DNA of 64,000 nucleotides from Archangium sp. (GTDB taxonomy: Bacteria > Myxococcota > Myxococcia > Myxococcales > Myxococcaceae), in the NCBI GenBank assembly GCA_030695565.1, contig JAUYRZ010000112.1, positions 1,112 to 65,111 on the forward strand. Reading direction: 5' to 3'. The notes under the pieces are model-generated. The model was not told where the DNA came from. It saw only the letters and a list, made by a program, of their open reading frames with translations, and searched no databases. Both the position numbers and the translations under genes were made by a program. Shown piece after piece: positions 52,559-61,600 of the stretch; the first letter of the stretch is position 1; each line of letters starts with the position of its first letter.

Positions 52559-53896
52559 ATGAGTCAGCCCCTGAGCCAACGCCTCTTCGCTTCGATCACC
52601 CTGGCGCTGATCTCTGTCGGATTCCCCTCCTTCGCGGAAGCGGGTGATGACGTTTCTGGCGACGCGGCGTTGCGGGAACTCGTTCAAGAGGCCCTTCAAG
52701 CAAGATCAGAGCTGGCCCAGCTCACCGCGCAGGCCCGGGCCGCCCAGGCGCGGGTGCCGCAAGCTGAAGCCTGGCCCGAACCGATGCTCCAGGTGGGCGT
52801 GCAGAACGACAGCTTCAAGCGCTGGCAGGTGGGGACCATGGAGACCAGCTGGGTCTCCTTCATGGCCTCCCAGACCTTCCCCTTTCCCGGGAAGCTCGGC
52901 CTGCGCGGAGAGATCGCCCAGAGCGAGGTGCGCACGAGCGAGCTGGCCGTGGAGCGAGTCAGGCTCTCCACCATCGCCGAGGTGAGGCGCGGCTACCTCT
53001 CGCTGCAGCTGATCCGGGAACGCAGCGTGCTGCTCGAGCGGCTGATCAAGCTCAGCGGTCGCGTCGTCGAAGTCGCGCGCCTTCGCTCCTTGTCGGGCAT
53101 GGGCTCGCAGTCCGAGGTGCTCAGGGCGCAAGTCGAGCTCAGCCGGGTCACCCAGCGCGGCCATCTGCTGGCTGCCGATGAAGCGCTCCAGGTGCAGCGC
53201 CTCAACCAGCTGCGGCGCAAGCCGCTCGACACCGCGATCGAGACCGGCTCGCCCTTGAGCTCGCTGTCGATGCCTGAGCTGCTGTCAGAGGAGCGCGCTC
53301 TGGAGCTCGGCCGCCAGCGCAGCCCGGAGTTGCTGCGCGCCCAGGTGGGATCGACTCGCGCTCAGAGCTCGGCTGCACTGGCTCGCCGCTCCTACTTCCC
53401 CGATGTCTCGGTCTCTGCGGGCGTGATGCTGCGAGGGCGCCTCGAGCCGATGTGGGCGCTCAACGTGGGCGTGCCGCTCCCGGTCTTCGCGGGCATCCGG
53501 CAAGCGCGCGCCGTGGAAGAGGCCTCGGCTCAGGGCGAGGCGGCGCTGCGTGACACCGAGGCGGTCGAGCAGCAGCTGGTGCTCCGAGCACATCAGCGCG
53601 CAGCGTCGATGAAGGCCCTGCGCGCGGTGTGGCGCAGCTACCAGGACGGTCTCCTGGTTCAGGCGGCAGCCGCGGCGGAGAGCACCATGTCTCAGTACGC
53701 AGCGGGCCAGGCGCAGTTTGCCGCGGTGTTGGAGGCCAACGCCCTCTCCATCGCGGAGACGGAGGCCTCTCTCGAGGTGCTGGCCAGCGCCTGGCGCCTG
53801 GTGATCGCGCAGGACGAGCTATCACCGGGCGCAGCCGACGACAGCAGGCGCGTCGGCGCGAGCACCCCTTCACCTTCACCTTCGCCGGGGATGTGA
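52559..53896 (+). CDS. cusC: TolC-family outer-membrane factor (CusC-like)
   Basis: Signal peptide ...LALISVGFPSFAEA and two OEP repeats. Followed 3 nt later by the adaptor gene. Confidence 0.8.
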   Translation: MSQPLSQRLFASITLALISVGFPSFAEAGDDVSGDAALRELVQEALQARSELAQLTAQARAAQARVPQAEAWPEPMLQVGVQNDSFKRWQVGTMETSWVSFMASQTFPFPGKLGLRGEIAQSEVRTSELAVERVRLSTIAEVRRGYLSLQLIRERSVLLERLIKLSGRVVEVARLRSLSGMGSQSEVLRAQVELSRVTQRGHLLAADEALQVQRLNQLRRKPLDTAIETGSPLSSLSMPELLSEERALELGRQRSPELLRAQVGSTRAQSSAALARRSYFPDVSVSAGVMLRGRLEPMWALNVGVPLPVFAGIRQARAVEEASAQGEAALRDTEAVEQQLVLRAHQRAASMKALRAVWRSYQDGLLVQAAAAAESTMSQYAAGQAQFAAVLEANALSIAETEASLEVLASAWRLVIAQDELSPGAADDSRRVGASTPSPSPSPGM

Positions 53897-53899
53897 GCC

Positions 53900-55189
53900 A
53901 TGACTCGATGGGGTCTCTTTCTGGTGGTGGCGGCGACCCTGGCCGGAGGCGTCACCGCTGGCGTTCTGGTGGGCCGTCACGTTCCCGAAGCGCACGCCGG
54001 GACGGAGGTCGAGGCTGCGTCGGAGAAGTACCAGTGCCCGATGCACCCGGCGGTGATCCAGGATCACCCCGGGAGCTGCCCCATCTGCGGAATGAAACTG
54101 GTGAAGATGGCCAGCAACCCCGCCAAGCCCGTCGACGAAAAAGAGAGGGCAAGCGGGTCGGAGGTCGACGGCCTGGGCGCGGTGGAGATCGACGGCGCCC
54201 GGCAGCAGCTGATCGGCCTGAAGACCGCGCTGGTGGACCGCGGAGTCGTGGGGGGCAACCTGCGCACCGTGGCGCGCGTGAGCATCGATGAGACGCGGGT
54301 GCGCCGGATCAACCTCAAGGTGGCGGGCTTCGTGGAGCGCATCTTCGTCGACTACGTGGGCAAGCCCATTCGCAAGGGCCAGCCGCTCTTCTCGCTCTAC
54401 AGCCCGGAGATCCTCGCCGCGGAGAACGAGCTGCTCCTCGCCCAGAGGACTGCGGTGCCTCAGCCGGATGGTGGAGTCGATCCACTCCTCGACGCTGCGC
54501 GACAGAAGCTCGAGCTGTGGGGCGTGCCCGCGGCGGAGCTCACTCGCCTCGAGCGAGAGGGGCAGGCCTCGGGCGTGGTCACCTTCGTCTCCACCGCATC
54601 AGGGGTCGTGACCAGGAAGGAGATCGTCGAGGGCTCGCGGGTGGAGATGGGCGCCATGCCCTACGAGGTGGTCGACCTCTCGACCGTCTGGGTGCTCGCT
54701 GACGTCTACGAAACGGAGCTGCGCTTCATCGCCCCGGGCATGACCGCTTCGCTCCGCCTCGACGCCTGGCCCGGCCGCTCGTGGGAGGGGAAGGTGCTCT
54801 TCATCGATCCCCTCCTCGACGCGAAGACGCGCACCGCCAAAGTGCGCCTCGCCTTCGCGAATGCCATGGGCGAGCTGCGCCCCGAGATGTTTGGCGAGCT
54901 CACGCTTGACCGGGAAGGGCGGCAGACGATTCGCCTGCCCACCGACGCCGTCGTGCAGAGCGGCACCCGGCAGGTGGTCTTCGTGGCGCTGGGTGAAGGG
55001 CGCTTCGAGCCGCGCCGAATCGAGACCGGCGAAGTGGGGAGGGACTTCACCGAGGTGCTCTCCGGACTGGTGCCTGGCGAGGCGGTGATCACCCGCGCCA
55101 ACTTCCTCATCGACTCGGAGTCGCGACTGCGCGCCTCGCTGACGCGCATCGGCAGCAGCGACGCTTCCGTGCCCGAGAGCCAGCGATGA
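53900..55189 (+). CDS. cusB: RND periplasmic adaptor (CusB-like) with N-terminal heavy-metal-binding domain
   Basis: TM anchor, HMBD motif YQCPMHPAVIQDHPGSCPICGMKLV, and an MFP barrel-sandwich/beta-barrel pattern. Confidence 0.85.
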   Translation: MTRWGLFLVVAATLAGGVTAGVLVGRHVPEAHAGTEVEAASEKYQCPMHPAVIQDHPGSCPICGMKLVKMASNPAKPVDEKERASGSEVDGLGAVEIDGARQQLIGLKTALVDRGVVGGNLRTVARVSIDETRVRRINLKVAGFVERIFVDYVGKPIRKGQPLFSLYSPEILAAENELLLAQRTAVPQPDGGVDPLLDAARQKLELWGVPAAELTRLEREGQASGVVTFVSTASGVVTRKEIVEGSRVEMGAMPYEVVDLSTVWVLADVYETELRFIAPGMTASLRLDAWPGRSWEGKVLFIDPLLDAKTRTAKVRLAFANAMGELRPEMFGELTLDREGRQTIRLPTDAVVQSGTRQVVFVALGEGRFEPRRIETGEVGRDFTEVLSGLVPGEAVITRANFLIDSESRLRASLTRIGSSDASVPESQR

Positions 55190-58100
55190 TCCGCGCCGTC
55201 ATTCGCTTCTCCGCGGAGCACCGTTACCTGGTGATCGCGCTGGCGATCGGGGCCCTGGCCTTCAGTTGGTACTCGATGCGGACCATCCCGCTCGACGCCT
55301 TGCCCGACCTCTCGGACACCCAGGTGATCGTCTATTCCCGCTGGGACCGCAGCCCCGACATCATCGAGGACCAGGTGACCTACCCCCTGATCACCTCGCT
55401 GCTCGGTGCCCCGCGCGTGAAAGCCATTCGGGGCTTCTCCGACTTCGGCTTCAGCTTCGTCTACGTGATCTTCGAGGACGGCACGGATCCGTATTGGGCC
55501 CGCACCCGCGTGCTCGAATATCTCTCGAAGATCACGCCGCAGCTGCCAGCGGGGGTGCGCACGGAGCTCGGGCCCGACGCGAGCAGCGTGGGCTGGGTCT
55601 TCCAGTACGCGCTGGTGGACAAGAGCGGGAAGCACTCCTCTGACGAGCTGCGCTCCTTTCAAGACTGGTTCTTGCGCTACTCGCTGCAGGCGGTGCCAGG
55701 GGTGGCTGAGGTCGCGACCGTCGGCGGCCAGGTGCGGCAATACCAGGTGAGCGTCGACCCGACGAAGCTCGCGGCCTACGGACTGTCGATCGGCGCAGTG
55801 GTCACCGCGGTGAGGGCGGGCAACAACGACGTCGGTGGGCGTCTCGTCGAGTTCTCCGGTCGCGAGTACATGGTGCGCGGCCGCGGCTACGTGAAGAAGC
55901 TCGAGGATCTCGAGCAGCTGGTGCTCAAGGTGGAGGAGGGCACGCCGGTGCTGGTGAAGGACGTGGCGACGGTCGCCCTCGGCCCGGAGATGCGCCGCGG
56001 CATCGCCGACTTCGACGGTGAGGGCGACGTGGTGGGTGGGATCGTGGTGATGCGCCAGGGAGAGAACGCGCTCAACGTGATCAACCGGGTGAAGCAGAAG
56101 TTCGAGGAGCTCCGCCCCTCACTGCCCGAAGGCGTCGAGGTGGTCACCACTTACGATCGTTCGGAGCTGATCCTCTCTGCCATCGACACGGTCCGCGACA
56201 AGTTGATCGAAGAGATGATCGTCGTCTCGCTGATCATCCTCCTCTTCCTCTGGCACTTCCCGTCCTCCATCGTCCCCATCATCACCATCCCGGTGTCGGT
56301 GGCGCTGGCCTTCATCCCGATGAAGTTGATGGGCCTCAACGCCAACTTGATGTCGCTTGCGGGCATCGCCATCTCCATCGGAGTGCTGGTCGACGGCGCC
56401 ATCGTCGAGGTGGAGAACGCCTACAACCGCATCCACCACTGGGTCGCCGACGGCAAGAAGGGCGACTTTTACCAGGTCAGGCTGAACGCCCTGATGGAGG
56501 TGGGCCCGGGCGTCTTCTTCTCGCTCCTGGTGATCGCCGTGGCCTTCGTGCCTGTCTTCACCCTGGTGGATCAGGAGGGTCGGCTCTTTCGACCGCTGGC
56601 CATCTCCAAGACCCTGGCGATGGGCATCGCCGCCTTCCTCGCCATCACGCTGGATCCAGCGATGCGCATGCTCTTCGCGCGCATCGACCCGTTCACCTTC
56701 CGCCCCCGGTGGTTGGCGACGGTGGCCACCGCGTTGCTCGTGGGCACGTACCGAGCAGAAGAGAAGCACCCCATCAGCCGGTTGCTCCATTGGCTCTACG
56801 AGGGTCCTTGCCGGTTCGTCTTGCGGCACCCGAAAGCCGTGCTGGTGGTGGCGGGGTTGATGGTGGCCACCACGGTGCCGCTGTACTTGAGCCTCGGCTC
56901 CGAGTTCATGCCGCCCCTTCGCGAGGGCACGTTGCTCTACATGCCCTCTTCGGTTTCTCCCGGCATGTCGGTGGCGGAAGCCCAGCAGGCGTTGCAGACC
57001 CAGGACCGGGTCCTGAAGACCTTCCCCGAAGTCGATCGCGTCTTTGGAAAAGCGGGCCGAGCCAACACCTCCACCGACCCCGCGCCCTTCACCATGATGG
57101 AGACGACGGTGACGCTCAAGCCGGAGCTGGCGTGGCGCGAACGCCCCCGGTGGTATTCGACCTGGGCGCCCGAGTGGCTCAAGCGGCCACTGCGCCCCTT
57201 CTGGCGCGACCGGATCACCGAGGCGGAGTTGGAAGAGGAGATGAACACCGCGCTCCAGCTTCCCGGGATTTCGAATGCGTGGACCATGCCCATCAAGGGG
57301 CGCCTCGACATGTTGTCCACGGGCATTCGCACCCCGGTGGGGATCAAGATCATGGGGGCAGACCTCGCCGTCATCGAGGCCGTCGCGCTGCAGACCGAGG
57401 CCGCGGTGGCGAAAGTGCCCGGTACCCGCAGCGCGTTCGCCGAGCGGGTGGCGGGCGGCTACTTCGTCGACTTCGAGCTCAAGCGCGATCAGCTGGCTCG
57501 CTACGGTCTCTCGGTCGACGACGCCAACATGATGGTGATGACCGCGGTGGGCGGCGACGTTCAGAGCATCACGGTCGAGGGCCGGGCCCGGTATGGGATC
57601 ACCGTTCGCTACGCGCGCGACTTCCGCGACGACCTCCCGGCGCTGAGGCGGGTGTTGGTGCCCTTGCCTGAGGGGCGAGGTCAGATTCCCTTCGAGGCCA
57701 TCGCCGACATCAAGCTCACCACCGGTCCCTCGATGATCCGCGACGAGAACGGGTTGCTCGCGGGCTACGTGTACGTCGACTTCGACACCTCGAAGGTCGA
57801 CATCGGCAGCTACGTGGCAGAAGCGAAGAAGGCGGTGGCCAGCCAGGTGAAAGTCCCCACCGGCTACTCCCTGACCTGGAGCGGGCAGTTCGAGAACATG
57901 CTGCGCGTTCGAGAGCGCCTCACCCTGATCTTGCCACTCACGCTGGTGCTGATCTTCGGGCTGCTCTACCTGAATACGAAGTCGGCCTTCAAAGCGGGGC
58001 TGGTGATGCTGGCGGTGCCGTTCTCTGCGGTGGGAGCGCTGCTGCTGCTGTCGCTGCTCGGCTACAACCTGTCCATCGCGGTGTGGGTGGGGCTGATCGC

Positions 58101-58464
58101 GCTGATGGGCCTCGATGCCGAGACGGGGGTGTTCATGCTGCTGTTCCTCGATCTCTCCATCGAAGACGCGCGCCGTCGAGGGGCCCTGGGGACGGATGCG
58201 GAGCTCATCGAGGCCATCGTGCACGGGGCGGTGAAGCGGGTGCGCCCCAAGGCGATGACGGTGTTGGCCGCAATGCTGGGGCTGCTTCCCATCATGTGGT
58301 CGACCGGCACCGGCGCCGACCTCATGAAGCGCATCGCCGCTCCCATGGTGGGCGGGCTGTTCACCAGCTTCGCCCTGGAGTTGCTCGTCTATCCCGTCGT
58401 GTATCTGCTCTGGCAGCGGCGGCAGCTCCGGCTGGCCCTCCTCATCAGCGAGACCGCCGCGTAG
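55186..58464 (+). CDS. cusA: CusA-family (HME-RND) heavy-metal efflux pump
   Basis: ATGA overlap with cusB. CusA-like N-terminus (DALPDLSDTQVIVYSRWDRSP...FGFSFVYVIFEDGTDPYWARTRVLEYL). 12 TM segments, 1092 aa. Confidence 0.9.
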   Translation: MIRAVIRFSAEHRYLVIALAIGALAFSWYSMRTIPLDALPDLSDTQVIVYSRWDRSPDIIEDQVTYPLITSLLGAPRVKAIRGFSDFGFSFVYVIFEDGTDPYWARTRVLEYLSKITPQLPAGVRTELGPDASSVGWVFQYALVDKSGKHSSDELRSFQDWFLRYSLQAVPGVAEVATVGGQVRQYQVSVDPTKLAAYGLSIGAVVTAVRAGNNDVGGRLVEFSGREYMVRGRGYVKKLEDLEQLVLKVEEGTPVLVKDVATVALGPEMRRGIADFDGEGDVVGGIVVMRQGENALNVINRVKQKFEELRPSLPEGVEVVTTYDRSELILSAIDTVRDKLIEEMIVVSLIILLFLWHFPSSIVPIITIPVSVALAFIPMKLMGLNANLMSLAGIAISIGVLVDGAIVEVENAYNRIHHWVADGKKGDFYQVRLNALMEVGPGVFFSLLVIAVAFVPVFTLVDQEGRLFRPLAISKTLAMGIAAFLAITLDPAMRMLFARIDPFTFRPRWLATVATALLVGTYRAEEKHPISRLLHWLYEGPCRFVLRHPKAVLVVAGLMVATTVPLYLSLGSEFMPPLREGTLLYMPSSVSPGMSVAEAQQALQTQDRVLKTFPEVDRVFGKAGRANTSTDPAPFTMMETTVTLKPELAWRERPRWYSTWAPEWLKRPLRPFWRDRITEAELEEEMNTALQLPGISNAWTMPIKGRLDMLSTGIRTPVGIKIMGADLAVIEAVALQTEAAVAKVPGTRSAFAERVAGGYFVDFELKRDQLARYGLSVDDANMMVMTAVGGDVQSITVEGRARYGITVRYARDFRDDLPALRRVLVPLPEGRGQIPFEAIADIKLTTGPSMIRDENGLLAGYVYVDFDTSKVDIGSYVAEAKKAVASQVKVPTGYSLTWSGQFENMLRVRERLTLILPLTLVLIFGLLYLNTKSAFKAGLVMLAVPFSAVGALLLLSLLGYNLSIAVWVGLIALMGLDAETGVFMLLFLDLSIEDARRRGALGTDAELIEAIVHGAVKRVRPKAMTVLAAMLGLLPIMWSTGTGADLMKRIAAPMVGGLFTSFALELLVYPVVYLLWQRRQLRLALLISETAA

Positions 58465-59022
58465 TCAGCGCGACCGAAGCAGCGCCTGCAGCTCCGGAAA
58501 CTTACGGAGCGGAATCCACTGTTCGCTGCCGCTGTCCCACAGAGAAGCCGTGGCCTTGAAGTGCTTTCCGACGACATCTTTGCGAATCTGATCGGGCGTC
58601 AGCAGCCCGGAGACATGGTTGTTTCCAAAGAACTGATACTGCACCCGCCAGCTGCGCGAATCGAAAGCGGGCGTCGGCGCGGCTTTCTTCTCGGCCTTGA
58701 TGACCGCCTCGAGCTTCTTGGTGGCCGCCTTGTACGCAGCCTTCTCAGCCGCCGAAGGCTCAGGAGGCTTGGGCCACTTCTCAGCGAACACCCGGCCCGC
58801 CGCGTCGGCGTTCGGCCGGCTCTGCGAGAGCCCCGAATCCCAGCTGTAGTTGTCGAGCGCGGCCTTCTGATTTTGCCAGGTGTTCCACGCGTCCATTCGG
58901 GCGATCGCGGCCGCGGGAAGGTACTTCAGCAACCGGGCCGATGACTTGAACGCGGGAACTTCGGGCACCGTCGGCCCGGTGGGCCGCGTCGACTGGCGAA
59001 TGCTGGCTGAGGAAATGGGCAC
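58465..59022 (-). CDS. Hypothetical protein with C-terminal GYF_2-like domain
   Basis: GTG at 59022 lies 6 nt after AGGAGA. The C-terminus WRVQYQFFGNNHVSGLLTPDQIRKDVV...SLWDSGSEQWIPLRKFPELQALL resembles GYF_2 (DUF4339). Confidence 0.5.
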   Translation of the reverse strand: MPISSASIRQSTRPTGPTVPEVPAFKSSARLLKYLPAAAIARMDAWNTWQNQKAALDNYSWDSGLSQSRPNADAAGRVFAEKWPKPPEPSAAEKAAYKAATKKLEAVIKAEKKAAPTPAFDSRSWRVQYQFFGNNHVSGLLTPDQIRKDVVGKHFKATASLWDSGSEQWIPLRKFPELQALLRSR

Positions 59023-59093
59023 GGCTCGTCTCCTGAAAAAAGTGAGTCCTCAAAATAGAAGCGGCCCGCAGGTGGGGTCAAGCCCTCTGGGGC

Positions 59094-60170
59094 TCACTCG
59101 AACGCCAACGCCCGCTCGAAGTCGCTCGGGTTCGACGCCGCTTCCTTCGCCACCTCGACGGTGATCTGCCCCGCGCGGAGCAACTGCACCAGGTGCTGGT
59201 CGAAGCTCTGCGTGCCCAGAATGTCGTGGCTGCGCTCGCAGAAATCTTTGATCTCATGGGTACGCGCCGGGTCCTTGATGAACTCGGTCACCGAGATGTT
59301 CGCCACCATGATCTCCGCCGCCACCACGCGGCCCTTGCCCGACGCATGCGGCAACAGGCGCTGCGAGATGCTGCCCTTCAGGTTCTCTGCCAACCGGTTG
59401 CGCACGCCCGTCTGCGCCTCATGCGGGAACACGCCGATGATGCGGTTGATGGTGCGGTAGGCGTCTTGCGTGTGCACGGTGGAGAGCACCAGGTGGCCCG
59501 TCTCCGCCGCCTTGATGGCGATCTCGATGGTCTCCGCGTCGCGCATCTCACCGACCAGGATCACGTCGGGGTCTTGCCGCATCGCCGCGCGCAACGCCTT
59601 GCCGAAGTCGGGCGTGTCGGGGCCGATCTCCCGCTGCATCATTCGCGAGAACTTGTCTTCGTGAACGAACTCGATCGGGTCTTCGATCGTCACGATGTGC
59701 TTGCGGTAGTGCTGGTTGATGTAATTCACCATCGCCGCCAGCGTCGACGACTTGCCCGAGCCGGTGACGCCGGTCACCAGGATGAGCCCGCGATCTTCCT
59801 GGCTCATTTTCTCCAGCACCTTGGGCAGGCCCAGCTTCGCGAAGTCGGGGATCACCAGGGGGATCGAGCGCATCACCGCGCCCAGGTTCCCCTTGTTGCG
59901 GAAGATGTTCGCGCGGAACCGGCCCACGCCTTCGAGCGGATAGCTGGTGTCCCAGTCCTGCAGATCTTCCAGCGAGCCCTTGTACCGGCTCTGGGTCAGC
60001 AGGTGTTTGGCGATGCGGGCCGTGTCTTCGGGCTGCAGCGCCGGCACCTTCACCGGCAGCAGCTGCCCGTTGACCCGCAACGAAGGCGAGGCCCCCACCT
60101 TGAAGTGCACGTCTGAAGCACCGTTCTTCACGGCCGCGGCGAGGAACTGATTGAAGGTCGCGAGTTCCAT
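59094..60170 (-). CDS. pilT: PilT-family type IV pilus retraction ATPase paralog
   Basis: 358 aa. ASDVHFKVGASPSLRVNG, Walker A GVTGSGKSS, Walker B/Asp box ILVGEMRD, His box LVLSTVHT. Confidence 0.85.
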   Translation of the reverse strand: MELATFNQFLAAAVKNGASDVHFKVGASPSLRVNGQLLPVKVPALQPEDTARIAKHLLTQSRYKGSLEDLQDWDTSYPLEGVGRFRANIFRNKGNLGAVMRSIPLVIPDFAKLGLPKVLEKMSQEDRGLILVTGVTGSGKSSTLAAMVNYINQHYRKHIVTIEDPIEFVHEDKFSRMMQREIGPDTPDFGKALRAAMRQDPDVILVGEMRDAETIEIAIKAAETGHLVLSTVHTQDAYRTINRIIGVFPHEAQTGVRNRLAENLKGSISQRLLPHASGKGRVVAAEIMVANISVTEFIKDPARTHEIKDFCERSHDILGTQSFDQHLVQLLRAGQITVEVAKEAASNPSDFERALAFE

Positions 60171-60182
60171 GGGTCCCTGGAA

Positions 60183-60683
60183 TTACTTCTGAAAGACAGT
60201 GGCCTTCGAGAGCTGCTGGTTCGCCCGGCGCAACCGATCAGACATCGTGCGAATGAACGAGCGGTAGACCTTCACCGCCAATTTATCGTCCGCTGCCAGC
60301 ATCGACTCGAACGCGGAGCGCGGCATCTTGAGCAGCCGGCACGGCGTGGCGGTGGTCACCCGCGCCGAGGTGAGCACGTCGTCGATGAGCGACATCTCGC
60401 CGAACAGCTCGGCTTCACCCAGCTTGCCGATCACCTCGTTCGTCTCGTGCTTGCCGTCTTCATCGGCGTCGCGGCTGATGTGCACTTCGCCTTTGGCGAT
60501 CACGTACAGGGCGTCGCCCAGCGCGTTCTGTTCGATGACCACCGTGCCGGCGGGCACATCGAGATACTGAATGATGCTCCCGAGCCGCGAGGTCTCGTCG
60601 AAGGTGAGCTTCTGAAAGAGGTGGAGCTTCTGCAGCAGCTCCACACCCTCGAATTCACCGAATCCCGTCAGTTCGAGTTCCAC
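60183..60683 (-). CDS. Cyclic-nucleotide-binding (cNMP) domain protein
   Basis: 166 aa. CAP-effector beta-roll with FGEMSLIDDVLTSARV, corresponding to the FGE...R(S/T)A phosphate-binding cassette. Confidence 0.8.
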   Translation of the reverse strand: MELELTGFGEFEGVELLQKLHLFQKLTFDETSRLGSIIQYLDVPAGTVVIEQNALGDALYVIAKGEVHISRDADEDGKHETNEVIGKLGEAELFGEMSLIDDVLTSARVTTATPCRLLKMPRSAFESMLAADDKLAVKVYRSFIRTMSDRLRRANQQLSKATVFQK

Positions 60684-60726
60684 GGTGAAGAAACCTTATG
60701 CCAAGTCTTTCCGATACACCCCGTTG

Positions 60727-61065
60727 ATGAGTTCGGGGAGCGAGCGGCGGACAGACCCAAGGTACACGGCCCACTTCGACGTCCGGTTCACCCGGGCGAT
60801 CGATGCAGCAAAGGCCCTCAACGCCTTTTCCATCAACTTCTCTTCGGGTGGGTTGTGCCTGCGCAGCAAGACGCCCTACGCGTTGGGTGAAGTGCTTTCG
60901 CTTTCGCTGACCGTGGAGGGCGACATCTTCGAGCTGGAAGGCGTGGTCTCGTGGGTGCGCGGAGAAGCGGTGGGGGTGCGTTTCACCAACGTCAAGCCGG
61001 CGGTGCGCGCGCGCCTCGAGAAGGTGGCCCGCGAGCTCTCCAGCCGGGGCCCTGCGATTACTTGA
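60727..61065 (+). CDS. PilZ domain protein
   Basis: RRTDPR (RxxxR) followed by NFSSGG (D/NxSxxG), the PilZ c-di-GMP binding signature. An alternative GTG start at 60685 is possible. Confidence 0.7.
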   Translation: MSSGSERRTDPRYTAHFDVRFTRAIDAAKALNAFSINFSSGGLCLRSKTPYALGEVLSLSLTVEGDIFELEGVVSWVRGEAVGVRFTNVKPAVRARLEKVARELSSRGPAIT

Positions 61066-61507
61066 GGCGGAACACGCCGACTTCGGCTGCGTCGAAGCCG
61101 CAGGCCGCGAAGAACGCGCGCAGCTCAGCGGTCACCGGGCCGTAGGTCTCGACCTCCAGCCGCTTCACCGAGAGCACCTTCGCGCGCTCGACCACCCGGC
61201 GCAGCAGCTCGCGGCCCACGCCCCGGCGCTGCCAGGCCTTCGCCACGTTGAGCTCGTCGATGGTGCCCGCGCGGCCGCCGGTCTTCAGCACCGGGCGATG
61301 CGAGAGGGTGATGAAGCCCACGACCTTGTCGAGCGCGTCGGCGGCGACCATCAGCTCCATCTCGGGGTGGCTGATGATCCACGTCACCGTGTTCGGATCA
61401 GCTGCGAGGCCCACCTCACCCAGCAGCGAAACGATCGGCCCCGCATCACCGCGTCGGGCGGGGCGGACTCTGAAGCCAGTCGGCGGTGGTGTTGGTGAGT
61501 GAGCCAC
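61058..61507 (-). CDS. GNAT-family N-acetyltransferase
   Basis: 149 aa. Acetyl-CoA motif A WQRRGVGRELLRRVVERA. Confidence 0.8.
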   Translation of the reverse strand: MAHSPTPPPTGFRVRPARRGDAGPIVSLLGEVGLAADPNTVTWIISHPEMELMVAADALDKVVGFITLSHRPVLKTGGRAGTIDELNVAKAWQRRGVGRELLRRVVERAKVLSVKRLEVETYGPVTAELRAFFAACGFDAAEVGVFRLK

Positions 61508-61600
61508 GGATCAAAGCCCCCTGGGGCGTGCGCGTTTGAGTAGGTGAGCGGAGTCTAGGCCTCTCATCCCTCAGGTCCAGAAAGCGGGTGAGGGCCTCGC

